Source: Promethearchaeum syntrophicum (GTDB taxonomy: Archaea > Asgardarchaeota > Lokiarchaeia > Sigyniarchaeales > Promethearchaeaceae). From it: DNA of 32,000 nucleotides. Shown in pieces: positions 1 to 9,444 of the stretch (the stretch's first letter is position 1; every line of letters starts with the position of its first letter). The notes under the pieces are model-generated. The model did no database searches and was not told where the DNA came from. It saw only the letters and a list, made by a program, of their open reading frames with translations. The position numbers and the translations under genes were made by a program. The stretch is from the NCBI RefSeq assembly GCF_008000775.2, contig NZ_CP042905.2, positions 4,020,001-4,052,000 of the forward strand, in the 5' to 3' direction.

Positions 1-76
1 TTCTGCATATTGTAAGATTTCTGTTGCGTCTTCTGGTAATGCTTTCCGAATAATTAATACATCCCCGGATTTTAAA

Positions 77-1117
77 TTAATTTCTTTCATGTAAATTATT
101 CTCCAAGGGGATTAAATCCTTAATTGTAGGAGGAGGGATTATCTGTAAACTTGACAATTTCTTATCTAATATTTCTAGAAATTGATCCAATTTTTCTTTC
201 AACAATCGACATCCTAATGCATTAGCATGGCCACCAGCAGTTCCATCAAATTTCTCTACTATCGGTGGAATAATCATCTTGAGATCCACTAAATTTCTTC
301 CGCGGATTGTTATATCAACTAAATTGGGTTTAGATTTCAGATGTCGAATCGTCAACCCTAAATATAACCCAGAATGACCTAATATCCAATAAGCAATTTT
401 TGATCTTGAACCAAAAGGAGGATTGATTATATAGGCTAAATTTTCGCGCTTTTTATATAATGTTATAATTTTTTTTCGAATTTGTTTTTCTCTCCTACTA
501 ATTTTTAAGGCTCCCTCCGCCAAAAATTTAATATCACAAGGAAATTCTCCTTTACTTAAACGCTTAACCACATTTCTTAATGTATCATACCTTGAACCGT
601 TATTTGATTTCATCAAACCTTGCGCAAGCAGGCCTGCATCCAAAAATAAAGATCTTCTCTCATAATGATGCAGCATTTCTTGCATCAAAGGAGTATTATC
701 TAAATAATCACATATAGCTCCAAGTAAAGCAATATGATCGGCATTCTCGGGCAAATCGTGATAAAAATATCGATATACAATCTCAGTCGCCGAAACTCCT
801 TCTTTATGGATATTTATCACTGCGGGAGGGAGTGGTTTTGGCAATGAATGATGATCAAAATAATGAATGGAATGATTTTGGGCAATTTTTTCTAATCTTG
901 AGTAAGTTTTACTATAAGATCTCTTATCCTGTGCAATATCACAGATAATTAGGTCATCATCAATTTCTTTAATATCATGGCCTAAACCAGCGGGGTGAGT
1001 GAAAAAGACTTGGGCAGTGGAATATTTTTTGACCATTTTTATAAGAGCTGCAGAACATACACCGTCACCATCAAGATGTGTAAAAATTGTTGTCATGAGT
1101 AAAATAGAGTGTTTCAT
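77..1117 (-). CDS. DHH/DHHA1 family phosphoesterase (RecJ-like)
   Basis: N-terminal FTHLDGDGVCSAAL (DHH motif I variant), ICDIA, YFDHH (DHH motif) and C-terminal GTAGGHANALGCRL (DHHA1 GGxH signature). A slightly later start at MTTIFTHLD is also plausible. Confidence 0.87.
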   Translation of the reverse strand: MKHSILLMTTIFTHLDGDGVCSAALIKMVKKYSTAQVFFTHPAGLGHDIKEIDDDLIICDIAQDKRSYSKTYSRLEKIAQNHSIHYFDHHSLPKPLPPAVINIHKEGVSATEIVYRYFYHDLPENADHIALLGAICDYLDNTPLMQEMLHHYERRSLFLDAGLLAQGLMKSNNGSRYDTLRNVVKRLSKGEFPCDIKFLAEGALKISRREKQIRKKIITLYKKRENLAYIINPPFGSRSKIAYWILGHSGLYLGLTIRHLKSKPNLVDITIRGRNLVDLKMIIPPIVEKFDGTAGGHANALGCRLLKEKLDQFLEILDKKLSSLQIIPPPTIKDLIPLENNLHERN

Positions 1118-1237
1118 CCTTATAAATTAAAAAAATTAATAATTAATTACAAGTTTCAGTGTTTTCTTTAATTTTCATAATAAATTGTTATTAAAACCAA
1201 CAATCATTTGTAAGATTACTAATTTTGGTGTTTAACT

Positions 1238-1987
1238 ATGCTAGGAAAATATGTCGAAATCGCACGCGGTGTGAAAGATTTAGATGCTACTTTACCTTAC
1301 TATGAAAAGATCGGATTAAAAAAAATTAAGGAAGGAAGCGAACCAATGAAATGGGCCCTATTTACTGATGGCCGAGTGAATATTAAACTATTTCAAATGG
1401 AGAATGAATTCACTGGTTTAATGTATTATACGGATGATTTGAGCGGAGTAAAACTTAATCTTAAAGATGCAAGAGTTGAATTTTCAGAGATGAAAGACCC
1501 TATGGGAAATGACATGATTATGTTGAAGGATCCCGACGATTTAAACATTGCTATAAGTGAAGAACCTTATGACGTAGATATTGTACCAGATATGTATGCG
1601 GAATCCAAAAATCCATACGGTTATTTTGGCGAATTCTCAATTACAGTAAAAGATCTGAATAAGTCCATTGAGTTCTGGGAAAAACTTGGGTATATAACTA
1701 CGATGAAAATGAAGATGGTATTTAAATTTGCTATTCTACTTGATGGTCGAATGGTAATCGGACTCCATCAAAATGCTAAGCAAGAAACAGAGGCAATAAC
1801 CTATTTCTCTCCGAAAATGAAGGAATTTATACCCAAACTTCAAGAAAAAGGGCTAGTTTTTCGAGAGGGTCCTATGGTAAAACTGAAAAAAGGCAATGGT
1901 ATTACAAGTGCACCAGATGGTCAAGTGTTCTTCTTTTTCAAAGGAAAGGTCAAAATGCCTGAAAAATATCATTATTTAATTCAATAA
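1238..1987 (+). CDS. VOC (glyoxalase/dioxygenase-like) superfamily protein, two VOC modules
   Basis: Repeated VOC pattern: 'ARGVKDLDATLPYYEKIGLKKI...PMGNDMIMLKDPDDLNIAI' and 'SITVKDLNKSIEFWEKLGYITTMKMK...'. Confidence 0.8.
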   Translation: MLGKYVEIARGVKDLDATLPYYEKIGLKKIKEGSEPMKWALFTDGRVNIKLFQMENEFTGLMYYTDDLSGVKLNLKDARVEFSEMKDPMGNDMIMLKDPDDLNIAISEEPYDVDIVPDMYAESKNPYGYFGEFSITVKDLNKSIEFWEKLGYITTMKMKMVFKFAILLDGRMVIGLHQNAKQETEAITYFSPKMKEFIPKLQEKGLVFREGPMVKLKKGNGITSAPDGQVFFFFKGKVKMPEKYHYLIQ

Positions 1988-2152
1988 CTTCAATTTTTTT
2001 TTATAATTACACCATTAATTTATCTAATTGTATTCGTCTTCCAACAATTCATGCCAATTACATTTCATTAGTTGGAACTTAATTCTTAAAATCAAATTTG
2101 AATTTTCAATTTATAATTATTCGAAATTCTCATTTTTTCTTATCTTTTTGTA

Positions 2153-2185
2153 TTTTTGCAAAAATCTTTTTGCACTTTTGCAAAA
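2153..2185. promoter_or_regulatory. Clustered TTTTGCA palindromes upstream of the ABC exporter operon (candidate operator)
   Basis: Perfect 12-bp palindrome TTTTTGCAAAAA (2153-2164), half-site TTTTTGCA (2167-2174) and 10-bp palindrome TTTTGCAAAA (2176-2185), about 100 bp before the first operon gene. Confidence 0.4.
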
Positions 2186-2281
2186 TATTAAATACGAATG
2201 ATTCCTTAATACTTTTGAATCTACATTTTTTCAAATTTTGATCGTAAAAAATCTCTCAAAAACCTATTGAGTGGTATTTAG

Positions 2282-3391
2282 GTGATGTTTGAAAAAATGC
2301 TACAAGTGAAAATTATGAGTAAAAATACAGAAAACGCAGAAGTTTACCTTCGTTTTAAAAACGTAACCAAGAAATTCGGCAACATTACTGCCGTGTCAAA
2401 CGTCAATCTCGATATCCATAAAGGTGAAATTGTCGGATTTTTAGGTCCAAACGGTGCAGGAAAATCAACTACTATGAAAATGCTGGCTTACCTGCTTAGA
2501 CCTACCGAAGGCGAAATTTTTATCCGAGGTAATGGAAAACTTGAAAAATTAACATCAAAAAATAAGGACTATCTTTTAGATAATATTGGTTTTTTAATCG
2601 AAAATCCGTTCTTTTATGGAAATATGACCCCGCGAGAGATTCTCTCATATTTTGGAGAATTAAAAGGGTATCCAAGAAGTAAAATTAAACAGAGAGTCGA
2701 GGATGTTGTTGCCATGGTACATATGATGGATTGGATTGATGTCAAAATCGGAAAATTCTCCAAGGGAATGAGACAAAAAATTGGAGTAATTTCAGCACTT
2801 GTCCATGATCCAGATATTATAGTTTTAGATGAACCTCATACAGGGTTAGATCCTACAGCACGAAAAATGGTGCGTGAACTTATTTTGAAATTAAGCGATA
2901 TGGGAAAAACCATATTCTTGAGTAGTCATCTATTATATGAGGTGAGTGAAGTAGCCGATAGAGTAGCGATGATTAATTTTGGTGAAATAATTGCTTGCGA
3001 TACTTTAGAGAAGTTGGAAGAAATGGCAAAAAAAAGTGAAATCCAAATGGAATTACTAGAAATTCCTGAAGCGGGAATAGAAGATACGATTAAGAATTTA
3101 GATCAGATCATAGGGCAACATACGGGATTAGATAACAAAAAAGACTATATCAGATTCAATCCCGATACCGAAATTTTTGAGATCCTCTTTAATGGAGACC
3201 CTAAAAATCAATTAGATATTTTCAAAGCGTTATTTGCTGCAGGGATAGATGTAATCGAATTTTCAGTACCCAAAGCAGGATTATTAGAAGATCTCTATTT
3301 GGATTTTATGGATGAATCTGAAAATGGAGAAAGTTCTAAAGCTAGAACAAAAGAACATTATCAAAAAAATGCTGGAGATATTAAAGTTTAG
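2282..3391 (+). CDS. ABC transporter ATP-binding protein (ABC-2 exporter type)
   Basis: Walker A GPNGAGKST, signature FSKGMRQKIG, Walker B IIVLDEPHTGLDP, H-loop SSHLLYEV. Start may be the internal ATG at about 2315 (MSKNTENAEV). Confidence 0.95.
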   Translation: MMFEKMLQVKIMSKNTENAEVYLRFKNVTKKFGNITAVSNVNLDIHKGEIVGFLGPNGAGKSTTMKMLAYLLRPTEGEIFIRGNGKLEKLTSKNKDYLLDNIGFLIENPFFYGNMTPREILSYFGELKGYPRSKIKQRVEDVVAMVHMMDWIDVKIGKFSKGMRQKIGVISALVHDPDIIVLDEPHTGLDPTARKMVRELILKLSDMGKTIFLSSHLLYEVSEVADRVAMINFGEIIACDTLEKLEEMAKKSEIQMELLEIPEAGIEDTIKNLDQIIGQHTGLDNKKDYIRFNPDTEIFEILFNGDPKNQLDIFKALFAAGIDVIEFSVPKAGLLEDLYLDFMDESENGESSKARTKEHYQKNAGDIKV

Positions 3392-4315
3392 GTGAATAAA
3401 ATGGCAGAAATAGAAATCAAAACTCAATCGGGTTTATATAATCTCCCAATAACTGAAGAGAGAACAAAGACCGGAACTAAAAGAAGTATTTTACAAATTA
3501 GAAAAACTATCACCTTTGAATTTGCACGAAATGGGAGAAGGGCAATCACCAGTTTATTTATTAGTTTTGCGATTTTTGCGTTATTCTTGATTGTCCAAAT
3601 TATTCAAGAAAATCAAGGTTCTCCAGTTCCTGAAGATCCCGCCGAATATTTTCAAGGATATTTATTTATGATTGATTTTCTCATTCTTATCATTGCAGCA
3701 ACTTTTGGAGGTTCAATTATTGCGGAAGATTTTGAGAAACAAACTGGAAATTTACTTTTTCCAAAAATTACAAAAGATAGGCTACTAGTAGGTAGAATTA
3801 TTGCACGTTATATTTACTCTATGGCTGCAGTTATCTTTTATTATATATTGGTGGCAATTACCACATTTATCAAATATGACGGAATTCCAAAGATAATCTG
3901 GGGATCATTAGGTTGGGCTCTGTTGTACACATTTGCGTTATTATCATTTGTTACAATGTTTAGTGCCCTAATGAAAAGGTCTTCTACTGCAATGATTAGT
4001 AGTATTCTCATAGTATTGATTGTGTTCCAACTTTTAACGATGATTCTTATGTATACGGGAGCAACAGTTGAACCTTTCTTTATGTTAACATATTATGCAA
4101 ATATAATTAGAAGCTGGTTTAATATGCCTGCTGATGATCAACGCTTTACCGAATTTTCATTTCGAGGTGGACCGAGTGGTCAAATGACAGATGGCAATAC
4201 CTATATGTCGTGGTCAACTCCAAGCGCAACAGGAGCAGTTATTGGAATGTTGGTTTATTCTGCAATCTGTTTAACAATTGCATATCTCGTATTTAGAAGA
4301 AGACAGAACAAATAA
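3392..4315 (+). CDS. ABC-2 type transporter permease
   Basis: Directly abuts the ATPase stop. Six or so hydrophobic segments, 'GGSIIAEDFEKQTGNLLFPKITKDRLLVGRIIARY' typical of ABC-2 permeases. GTG start at 3392, with an alternative ATG at 3401. Confidence 0.85.
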   Translation: MNKMAEIEIKTQSGLYNLPITEERTKTGTKRSILQIRKTITFEFARNGRRAITSLFISFAIFALFLIVQIIQENQGSPVPEDPAEYFQGYLFMIDFLILIIAATFGGSIIAEDFEKQTGNLLFPKITKDRLLVGRIIARYIYSMAAVIFYYILVAITTFIKYDGIPKIIWGSLGWALLYTFALLSFVTMFSALMKRSSTAMISSILIVLIVFQLLTMILMYTGATVEPFFMLTYYANIIRSWFNMPADDQRFTEFSFRGGPSGQMTDGNTYMSWSTPSATGAVIGMLVYSAICLTIAYLVFRRRQNK

Positions 4316-4386
4316 GGTTGATAAAGGATTTTATTTTTTTTCAATTTATTACAAAATTTTTTTTAAATAATTAACAATGATTCCTT

Positions 4387-5259
4387 ATGCAGACCAATAA
4401 AAAATCTTCAACTTCCACATTTTCAGACACGAAAAAAGATTTCAAAGTAGCGTGGCAATTACTGAAAGGTAATTATAAGGCATTTATAGGAACAGAGACA
4501 TTTGCGGGGTTAGCATTTATAATAACGTTATTTATTTTAGGCTCAATTTTAATGTTGATTGTTGCGTTAATTCCTTCGTTGTCAGTTAGTGATTTTTTTG
4601 GTCGAATTTCAGAAAATTTTGGAATTTCGATGGTATTTCGATTATTAATGGGATTAATTGCGATTTCAATATTTTATGCGTTTTTGAATTCCCAACATGG
4701 TTTAGCCTATGATATTATGTCGTCAGGAGAAATGTTTGCTGAGTTTAAGAATTCATTTACGTATTTTAAAAGATTTTGGTGGCAATATCCAATATTATCA
4801 TTTTCTCTGTTCATAATAAATGGTTTATTTTCAGTATTGTTTAGAATGGATGGTTCAGGGCCACCATTTCATGATATCGATATGGATTTTGTTCAAATAA
4901 TAATAATTTTAGGAGAAGTGATTTTCTTTTTTATATGGTTTATCTTTTTTATTCATACGTTTCCAAGTTTGACTTCCCAAGGTAATTTTAAGCGAAGTTT
5001 TATTGAAAGTATTCGAATAATAAAGAGTAATCCTAAAAGAATTATTTCGACATGGGGTACTTATTTTCTGATTTTTGTAGTTCCAATAATTATTATAGCA
5101 ATTTTAGCAGAAGTTTATGGTTTTATAATTTTCTATGTGTTATTAGGAATCCTTTTTATCTTAGTAAGTTTGTTTGGGTTTCCTATGCTATCACTCTTAG
5201 CCTGTGGGATTTATAATAATGTAGAATTCAAACGATTTAAACAAAAATTAAAAGAGTAA
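4387..5259 (+). CDS. Multi-pass membrane protein (DUF6159-like)
   Basis: Several TM segments; 'FKVAWQLLKGNYKAF' and 'GNFKRSFIESIRIIKSNPKRIISTWGTY' resemble the DUF6159/glycerophosphodiester-type membrane domain family. Same operon as the ABC exporter. Confidence 0.55.
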   Translation: MQTNKKSSTSTFSDTKKDFKVAWQLLKGNYKAFIGTETFAGLAFIITLFILGSILMLIVALIPSLSVSDFFGRISENFGISMVFRLLMGLIAISIFYAFLNSQHGLAYDIMSSGEMFAEFKNSFTYFKRFWWQYPILSFSLFIINGLFSVLFRMDGSGPPFHDIDMDFVQIIIILGEVIFFFIWFIFFIHTFPSLTSQGNFKRSFIESIRIIKSNPKRIISTWGTYFLIFVVPIIIIAILAEVYGFIIFYVLLGILFILVSLFGFPMLSLLACGIYNNVEFKRFKQKLKE

Positions 5260-5283
5260 AAAGAAGAAAAAGAAAAATTTAAA

Positions 5284-5616
5284 GTGGTTATCATGAGTAA
5301 AAACACCAAGATCAACGCATCGGAAAAAGTAGAAATTCAAGATGAATTAATCATTACAGAGAGTTCTCTTGTTTTAATTATTTTACACGATAAGAAAAAG
5401 TTGATTTTGGAACAAATACTCGAAAAAGATATGACCATTCAAGATTTACGCCAAAAAATTGGACTTAATCCAGGTACGATAAAACGCCATTTAGATGATC
5501 TGAAATTGCATAACCTTGTTTTTGAAAGCCGCATAGAAAAAAATGATTATAACATTACAATGAAATATTATCGTGCGGTGGCAAGATCGTTTAAGATTAA
5601 CATACAGATCCCATAA
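5284..5616 (+). CDS. ArsR-like winged-helix transcriptional regulator
   Basis: 'KKLILEQILEKDMTIQDLRQKIGLNPGTIKRHLDDLKLHNLVFES' helix-turn-helix plus wing. Probable start is ATG at 5293 (MSKNTKINAS) rather than GTG 5284. Confidence 0.75.
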   Translation: MVIMSKNTKINASEKVEIQDELIITESSLVLIILHDKKKLILEQILEKDMTIQDLRQKIGLNPGTIKRHLDDLKLHNLVFESRIEKNDYNITMKYYRAVARSFKINIQIP

Positions 5617-5640
5617 GATACGGATTCTATTATTTTATAA

Positions 5641-6390
5641 TTATTTTATAATATAAGTTCCTAAGATCCACACTAATATGGAAAGGAAATATGCCCATTC
5701 CCAAAATGGAACCAATTTCATATCAATAAAATATGTGCCCATCATCATTAAGAACGAAACATTAAATAACACATAAAAGGCACCAATCAAGATATATTTA
5801 GGCACTTTTAACGTATATTCTTCTCCCTTTTGTTTTCTTTTTTCGATAATATATAGAATCAGATCAGAATTTGCTTTGATAAAACTCCCTAAAAAACAAA
5901 TACTTGCAAATATTCCATGTGGTACTTCGAAATCTTGGGGGAAAATCCCAACAAAACTCATTGATAAGGAACATAAAATTCCAAGTGCTGTCGAGAGAGT
6001 CGAATAAATAATGGAAAGAGATTTGAGAATATGGTAAAGATATAAGAAATGGGGGATTGATAAAATTCCCAAAAGAACTATTCCAAAATTCCAAAGTTTA
6101 TGGCCAATAGGGTTGAGCATTATCCCACCTTGGTCACTAATTGTATTTCTAAAAATGGAATACGGCTCAGGGAAGACAATTTGAGCATAGACACTGATGA
6201 CAAAGAAGATAGCAAGAACGAAGAAAAAGTAATTTCGTGTTTGGTTTTTTGACGCTTTTCCTTTCATAACCTCAAGTGGTACGCGCAAATATACAAATCT
6301 CTGAAAAATATCATTTTCAGCATTTGAAAAAGATAAACGCGATAACAGTAGTTCCTTGGTGTTTTGAATTTTATATCGAAGCGTATCCAT
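5641..6390 (-). CDS. Polytopic membrane protein, DUF998-like
   Basis: About six TM segments with 'GGIMLNPIGHKLWNFGIVLLGILSIPHFL' and 'MSFVGIFPQDFEVPHGIFA' (DUF998-type pattern). Confidence 0.55.
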   Translation of the reverse strand: MDTLRYKIQNTKELLLSRLSFSNAENDIFQRFVYLRVPLEVMKGKASKNQTRNYFFFVLAIFFVISVYAQIVFPEPYSIFRNTISDQGGIMLNPIGHKLWNFGIVLLGILSIPHFLYLYHILKSLSIIYSTLSTALGILCSLSMSFVGIFPQDFEVPHGIFASICFLGSFIKANSDLILYIIEKRKQKGEEYTLKVPKYILIGAFYVLFNVSFLMMMGTYFIDMKLVPFWEWAYFLSILVWILGTYIIK

Positions 6391-6735
6391 TTTTATTTCT
6401 ATACAAATAATAAAACATTACTGTAATAAATATAATGAATAGACCAGTTTTTAGCAAGGCTTTTCCATAAAGAGTGCTCTAGATAATTAGAAAACTTTCT
6501 ATTTAGTAATATATTTAATGGATTGGTTTTCAGATGCTTGAATATAAATCTCGATTGATGTTCCAACATCATTCCCAAATTGAACAATACAACGATTGTG
6601 TCGTTTTATAGTCGAATGAGTAATCCATTGATCGATTTCCTGCTTTGTTGGATTACACTATGTTTAGAAATAAAAAACCAATCAAAAAAATATAAATCAA
6701 TTTACATTTATTGGTAAAAGAGTCAAAAAAGAATA

Positions 6736-7854
6736 TTATGAATAGACAGCTGCTGCTGGTCGGCCTTCTCTTAGTTTTCTTATGTATTGATCAAATGCTT
6801 TATAGAAATCATCTTTCGTTACTATTCGTCGATTTTCTCTAATTGCATTCATACCACTCTCTGTGCAAATACTTTTAATATCTGCTCCTGAGAGATTATC
6901 CAAATTACTTGCGATTTTCTTTAATTGGACATCTTCAGCCAGCGGCATGTTGCGTGTATGGATCTTGAAAATTTCGAGCCGTCCTTTTGCATCCGGGAGT
7001 TCAACTTTTATAATGCGATCAAATCGCCCAGGTCTCAATATTGCGGGATCCAATATATCAGGTCTATTTGTCGCTGCGATTATTTTTACTTGCTCATTTA
7101 TCTCAAAACCATCCATTTCTGCCAGTAACTGCATCAATGTCCTTTGTACTTCCCGATCCGACACTTGTGAATCTTGAGTTCTTTTTGAAGCTACAGCATC
7201 AATTTCATCAATAAATAAAACAGCAGGTGCTTTTTCTCGTGCCAATGAAAACAATTCTCGAACAAGTCGTGCACCTTCTCCAATGTATTTTTGAATTAAT
7301 TCAGAACCAACTAATCGGATGAATGTTGCATGGGTAGCATTTGCCACTGCTCGTGCAATCAATGTTTTTCCTGTTCCAGGAGGACCTTCCAATAATACCC
7401 CATTTGGAGGTTCAATTCCGACAATTGAAAAGAGTTCTGGGTTAGTAAGTGGGAGTTCAACAACTTCACGTAATGTAACAATAATATCATCTAAACCTCC
7501 GATATCCTCATAAGTTTCCATCGGTTTCTCATCCAATTCCATCCCTGCAATAAAGGAATCGACGTTTGAAGGCAAAATTTTTACAATTTTAAGGGTTTGC
7601 TGATCCACACCAACAGTATCTCCAGGTTTCAGTGTTTCAAATGGAGAGGCAACAAGAAAATCATTGCCAGAGGGTGTGTGAATTACAACAAATGATTCGT
7701 CGACTAGGCGTGAAACGGTTGCCAAAAGTAATGGAGGGATTGCCATTTTTTGTATTCGGCGCTGTAATCTATCAAGCTCACTTCGATATCTATCCCTCTC
7801 TCGTAATGCACGAGTTAATTGGTCACGAATTTTTTTTGTATCTGAATCTGTCAT
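6736..7854 (-). CDS. pan: Proteasome-activating nucleotidase (PAN), AAA+ ATPase
   Basis: N-terminal coiled coil and OB region, Walker A GPPGTGKT, Walker B VLFIDEIDA, SRH 'ATNRPDILDPAILRPGRFD', C-terminal HbYX motif ...VYS. Confidence 0.95.
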   Translation of the reverse strand: MTDSDTKKIRDQLTRALRERDRYRSELDRLQRRIQKMAIPPLLLATVSRLVDESFVVIHTPSGNDFLVASPFETLKPGDTVGVDQQTLKIVKILPSNVDSFIAGMELDEKPMETYEDIGGLDDIIVTLREVVELPLTNPELFSIVGIEPPNGVLLEGPPGTGKTLIARAVANATHATFIRLVGSELIQKYIGEGARLVRELFSLAREKAPAVLFIDEIDAVASKRTQDSQVSDREVQRTLMQLLAEMDGFEINEQVKIIAATNRPDILDPAILRPGRFDRIIKVELPDAKGRLEIFKIHTRNMPLAEDVQLKKIASNLDNLSGADIKSICTESGMNAIRENRRIVTKDDFYKAFDQYIRKLREGRPAAAVYS

Positions 7855-8135
7855 TTCTATCTAATTTTCCCGCTTTTGCGAACTCAACTAAATAATATGT
7901 TCTAGGTTTATAAAAAATTGGTAACAATAAAATTTTATGATTATAAAAAATCTGAAAAAAACCGTTATTAAAAAAAAATCTAATAAAATAATTGAATTTT
8001 CTTTTTATATTTTTAATTAGAATTTTTTCCAAATAATTTTATATCAGAAACTATGATTTGGAAATGTTAATCAAATAAAATCAAAAAATAGATTGAATTT
8101 CTTTCAAGTTTTTTCACTTTAAGAAATTTTAATAG

Positions 8136-8150
8136 AAAAAAAAAAAAAAA
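8136..8150 (-). terminator. Poly-T (15 nt on minus strand) transcription terminator downstream of the zinc-ribbon gene
   Basis: Uninterrupted A15 on the plus strand (T15 on minus) 10-24 nt past the stop of the 8160-8360 minus gene. Archaeal poly-U termination. Confidence 0.6.
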
Positions 8151-8159
8151 TCAGAAATT

Positions 8160-8360
8160 TCAATCATCATCCCATTTATACTCGGAGAATCCAAGGATTC
8201 TATCACAATGTGGGCAGACCCACATCTTAGCGTAATTTTTATAACCCAAATGCATTTTTGGACCATTAAATGCATGAGCTTTCCCAATTATCGGAATATT
8301 TTTGGTGGTAAAAAACATTTCGAAATCGACTTGGGCATCACAATAGGGGCAACGTGCCAT
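8160..8360 (-). CDS. Small zinc-ribbon protein
   Basis: 66 aa with two CxxC knuckles: CPYC...CPHC. Confidence 0.6.
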   Translation of the reverse strand: MARCPYCDAQVDFEMFFTTKNIPIIGKAHAFNGPKMHLGYKNYAKMWVCPHCDRILGFSEYKWDDD

Positions 8361-8488
8361 TAGAAAATCACTTTTTAATACCTATCAGAAATTATGATAG
8401 TCATGCATATTCCGTCTCTATGTATTATAAATTTAACCTTTGCGGAGATATTTCAGTTATCCTACGAATTGAGAACAGAATCAAAATT

Positions 8489-8500
8489 AAAAAAAAAAAA
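8489..8500 (-). terminator. Poly-T (12 nt on minus strand) terminator of the por operon
   Basis: A12 on plus strand, 23 nt past the porB stop at 8523. Confidence 0.55.
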
Positions 8501-8522
8501 TTTGAAGAGAAAATGTGGAGTT

Positions 8523-9443
8523 CTAAAGATCGCTTTGTTTTTCTAATTCCCATTTTAATTCTTGCCATAAATCATCGATATATTGTTCCCAAACCTTGTA
8601 ATCGTCTTCGGTAAAATGTTTAAATCTGGATTGCATTTTAAGGTAATCTCGAACATCTTTTCGTTTTGATTTATCAAGATATTTTTTACTTGGGTTAGAG
8701 ATTACTAATTTTCCCTCAATGACTTCCATTAAAGGCCAATATCCACTTTCAACAGCTTTTTTGGTTACTTCTACAGATTCATTAACCTTATGCCCCCACC
8801 CAGGCGGACAACTGCTAAGAATCTCAATGAATCGAACCCCTTTTCCGTTAAATTCTCTTGCTTTTTGAAATTTCTCAAATAGGTCTTGTGGATAACCCGA
8901 TGCGCAAGTTGCGATATAGCTCAAGCCATGAGCCCGCATTATCTTGAACATATTCTTGTTAACTTGAGCTTTTCCAATTATTGGGGTTGTGGTGGTTTTT
9001 GCTCCAAAGGGCGTTGCACTAGAGCGTTGTATTCCCGTATTCATGTACGCTTGATTGTTATAGCAAACATAGATGAAGTTACTTCTTCGTTCTGCAGCCC
9101 CGCTCAATCCTTGAATGCCAATATCATAAGTGCCACCATCTCCAGCCCACGCTACTACAACTGTTTCTTTATCTTTTCCTTTAGCAGTTAGAGCGGCAGA
9201 CACTCCTGATGCATGAGCAGCAACAGTTTCAAAGCAATCATACATAACCGGAACTTTGATAGGGGTATAGCCTCCTACTCCACCAGTTACAGTACTGCAG
9301 GATGCAGGATTACAAACAATTGTATTTGGACCTAAAGCTTTTAATGCCCATCTGTAGGCAATTTGAAGTCCACACCCAGAACACATTCGAGTGCCGGGAA
9401 GGATGTATTCTTCTTCAGGTAAATCTTTAACTTTAATAACCAT
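8523..9443 (-). CDS. porB: Pyruvate:ferredoxin oxidoreductase subunit beta
   Basis: CSGCG, TPP motif GDGGTYDIG...NNQAYMNTGIQRSSATPFGAKTTT. Preceded by SD AAGGAGG. Confidence 0.93.
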   Translation of the reverse strand: MVIKVKDLPEEEYILPGTRMCSGCGLQIAYRWALKALGPNTIVCNPASCSTVTGGVGGYTPIKVPVMYDCFETVAAHASGVSAALTAKGKDKETVVVAWAGDGGTYDIGIQGLSGAAERRSNFIYVCYNNQAYMNTGIQRSSATPFGAKTTTTPIIGKAQVNKNMFKIMRAHGLSYIATCASGYPQDLFEKFQKAREFNGKGVRFIEILSSCPPGWGHKVNESVEVTKKAVESGYWPLMEVIEGKLVISNPSKKYLDKSKRKDVRDYLKMQSRFKHFTEDDYKVWEQYIDDLWQELKWELEKQSDL

Positions 9444-9444
9444 T

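Noticed and set aside
1988-2152. Spacer between VOC gene and ABC operon as ncRNA
   Set aside because: AT-rich low-complexity sequence without stable stems except the TTTTGCA palindromes, reported separately.
5864-6094. 76-aa ORF (-) inside the 5641-6390 membrane protein gene region
   Set aside because: Fully overlapped in another frame by a convincing polytopic membrane protein; no motif.
6399-6587. 62-aa ORF (-) between the DUF998-like gene and PAN
   Set aside because: Low-complexity composition, no SD or family motif; cannot be distinguished from random ORF in AT-rich DNA.
6863-7513. Plus-strand ORFs antisense to PAN (6863, 6925, 7319, 7632)
   Set aside because: Shadow ORFs of a strongly conserved AAA+ gene.
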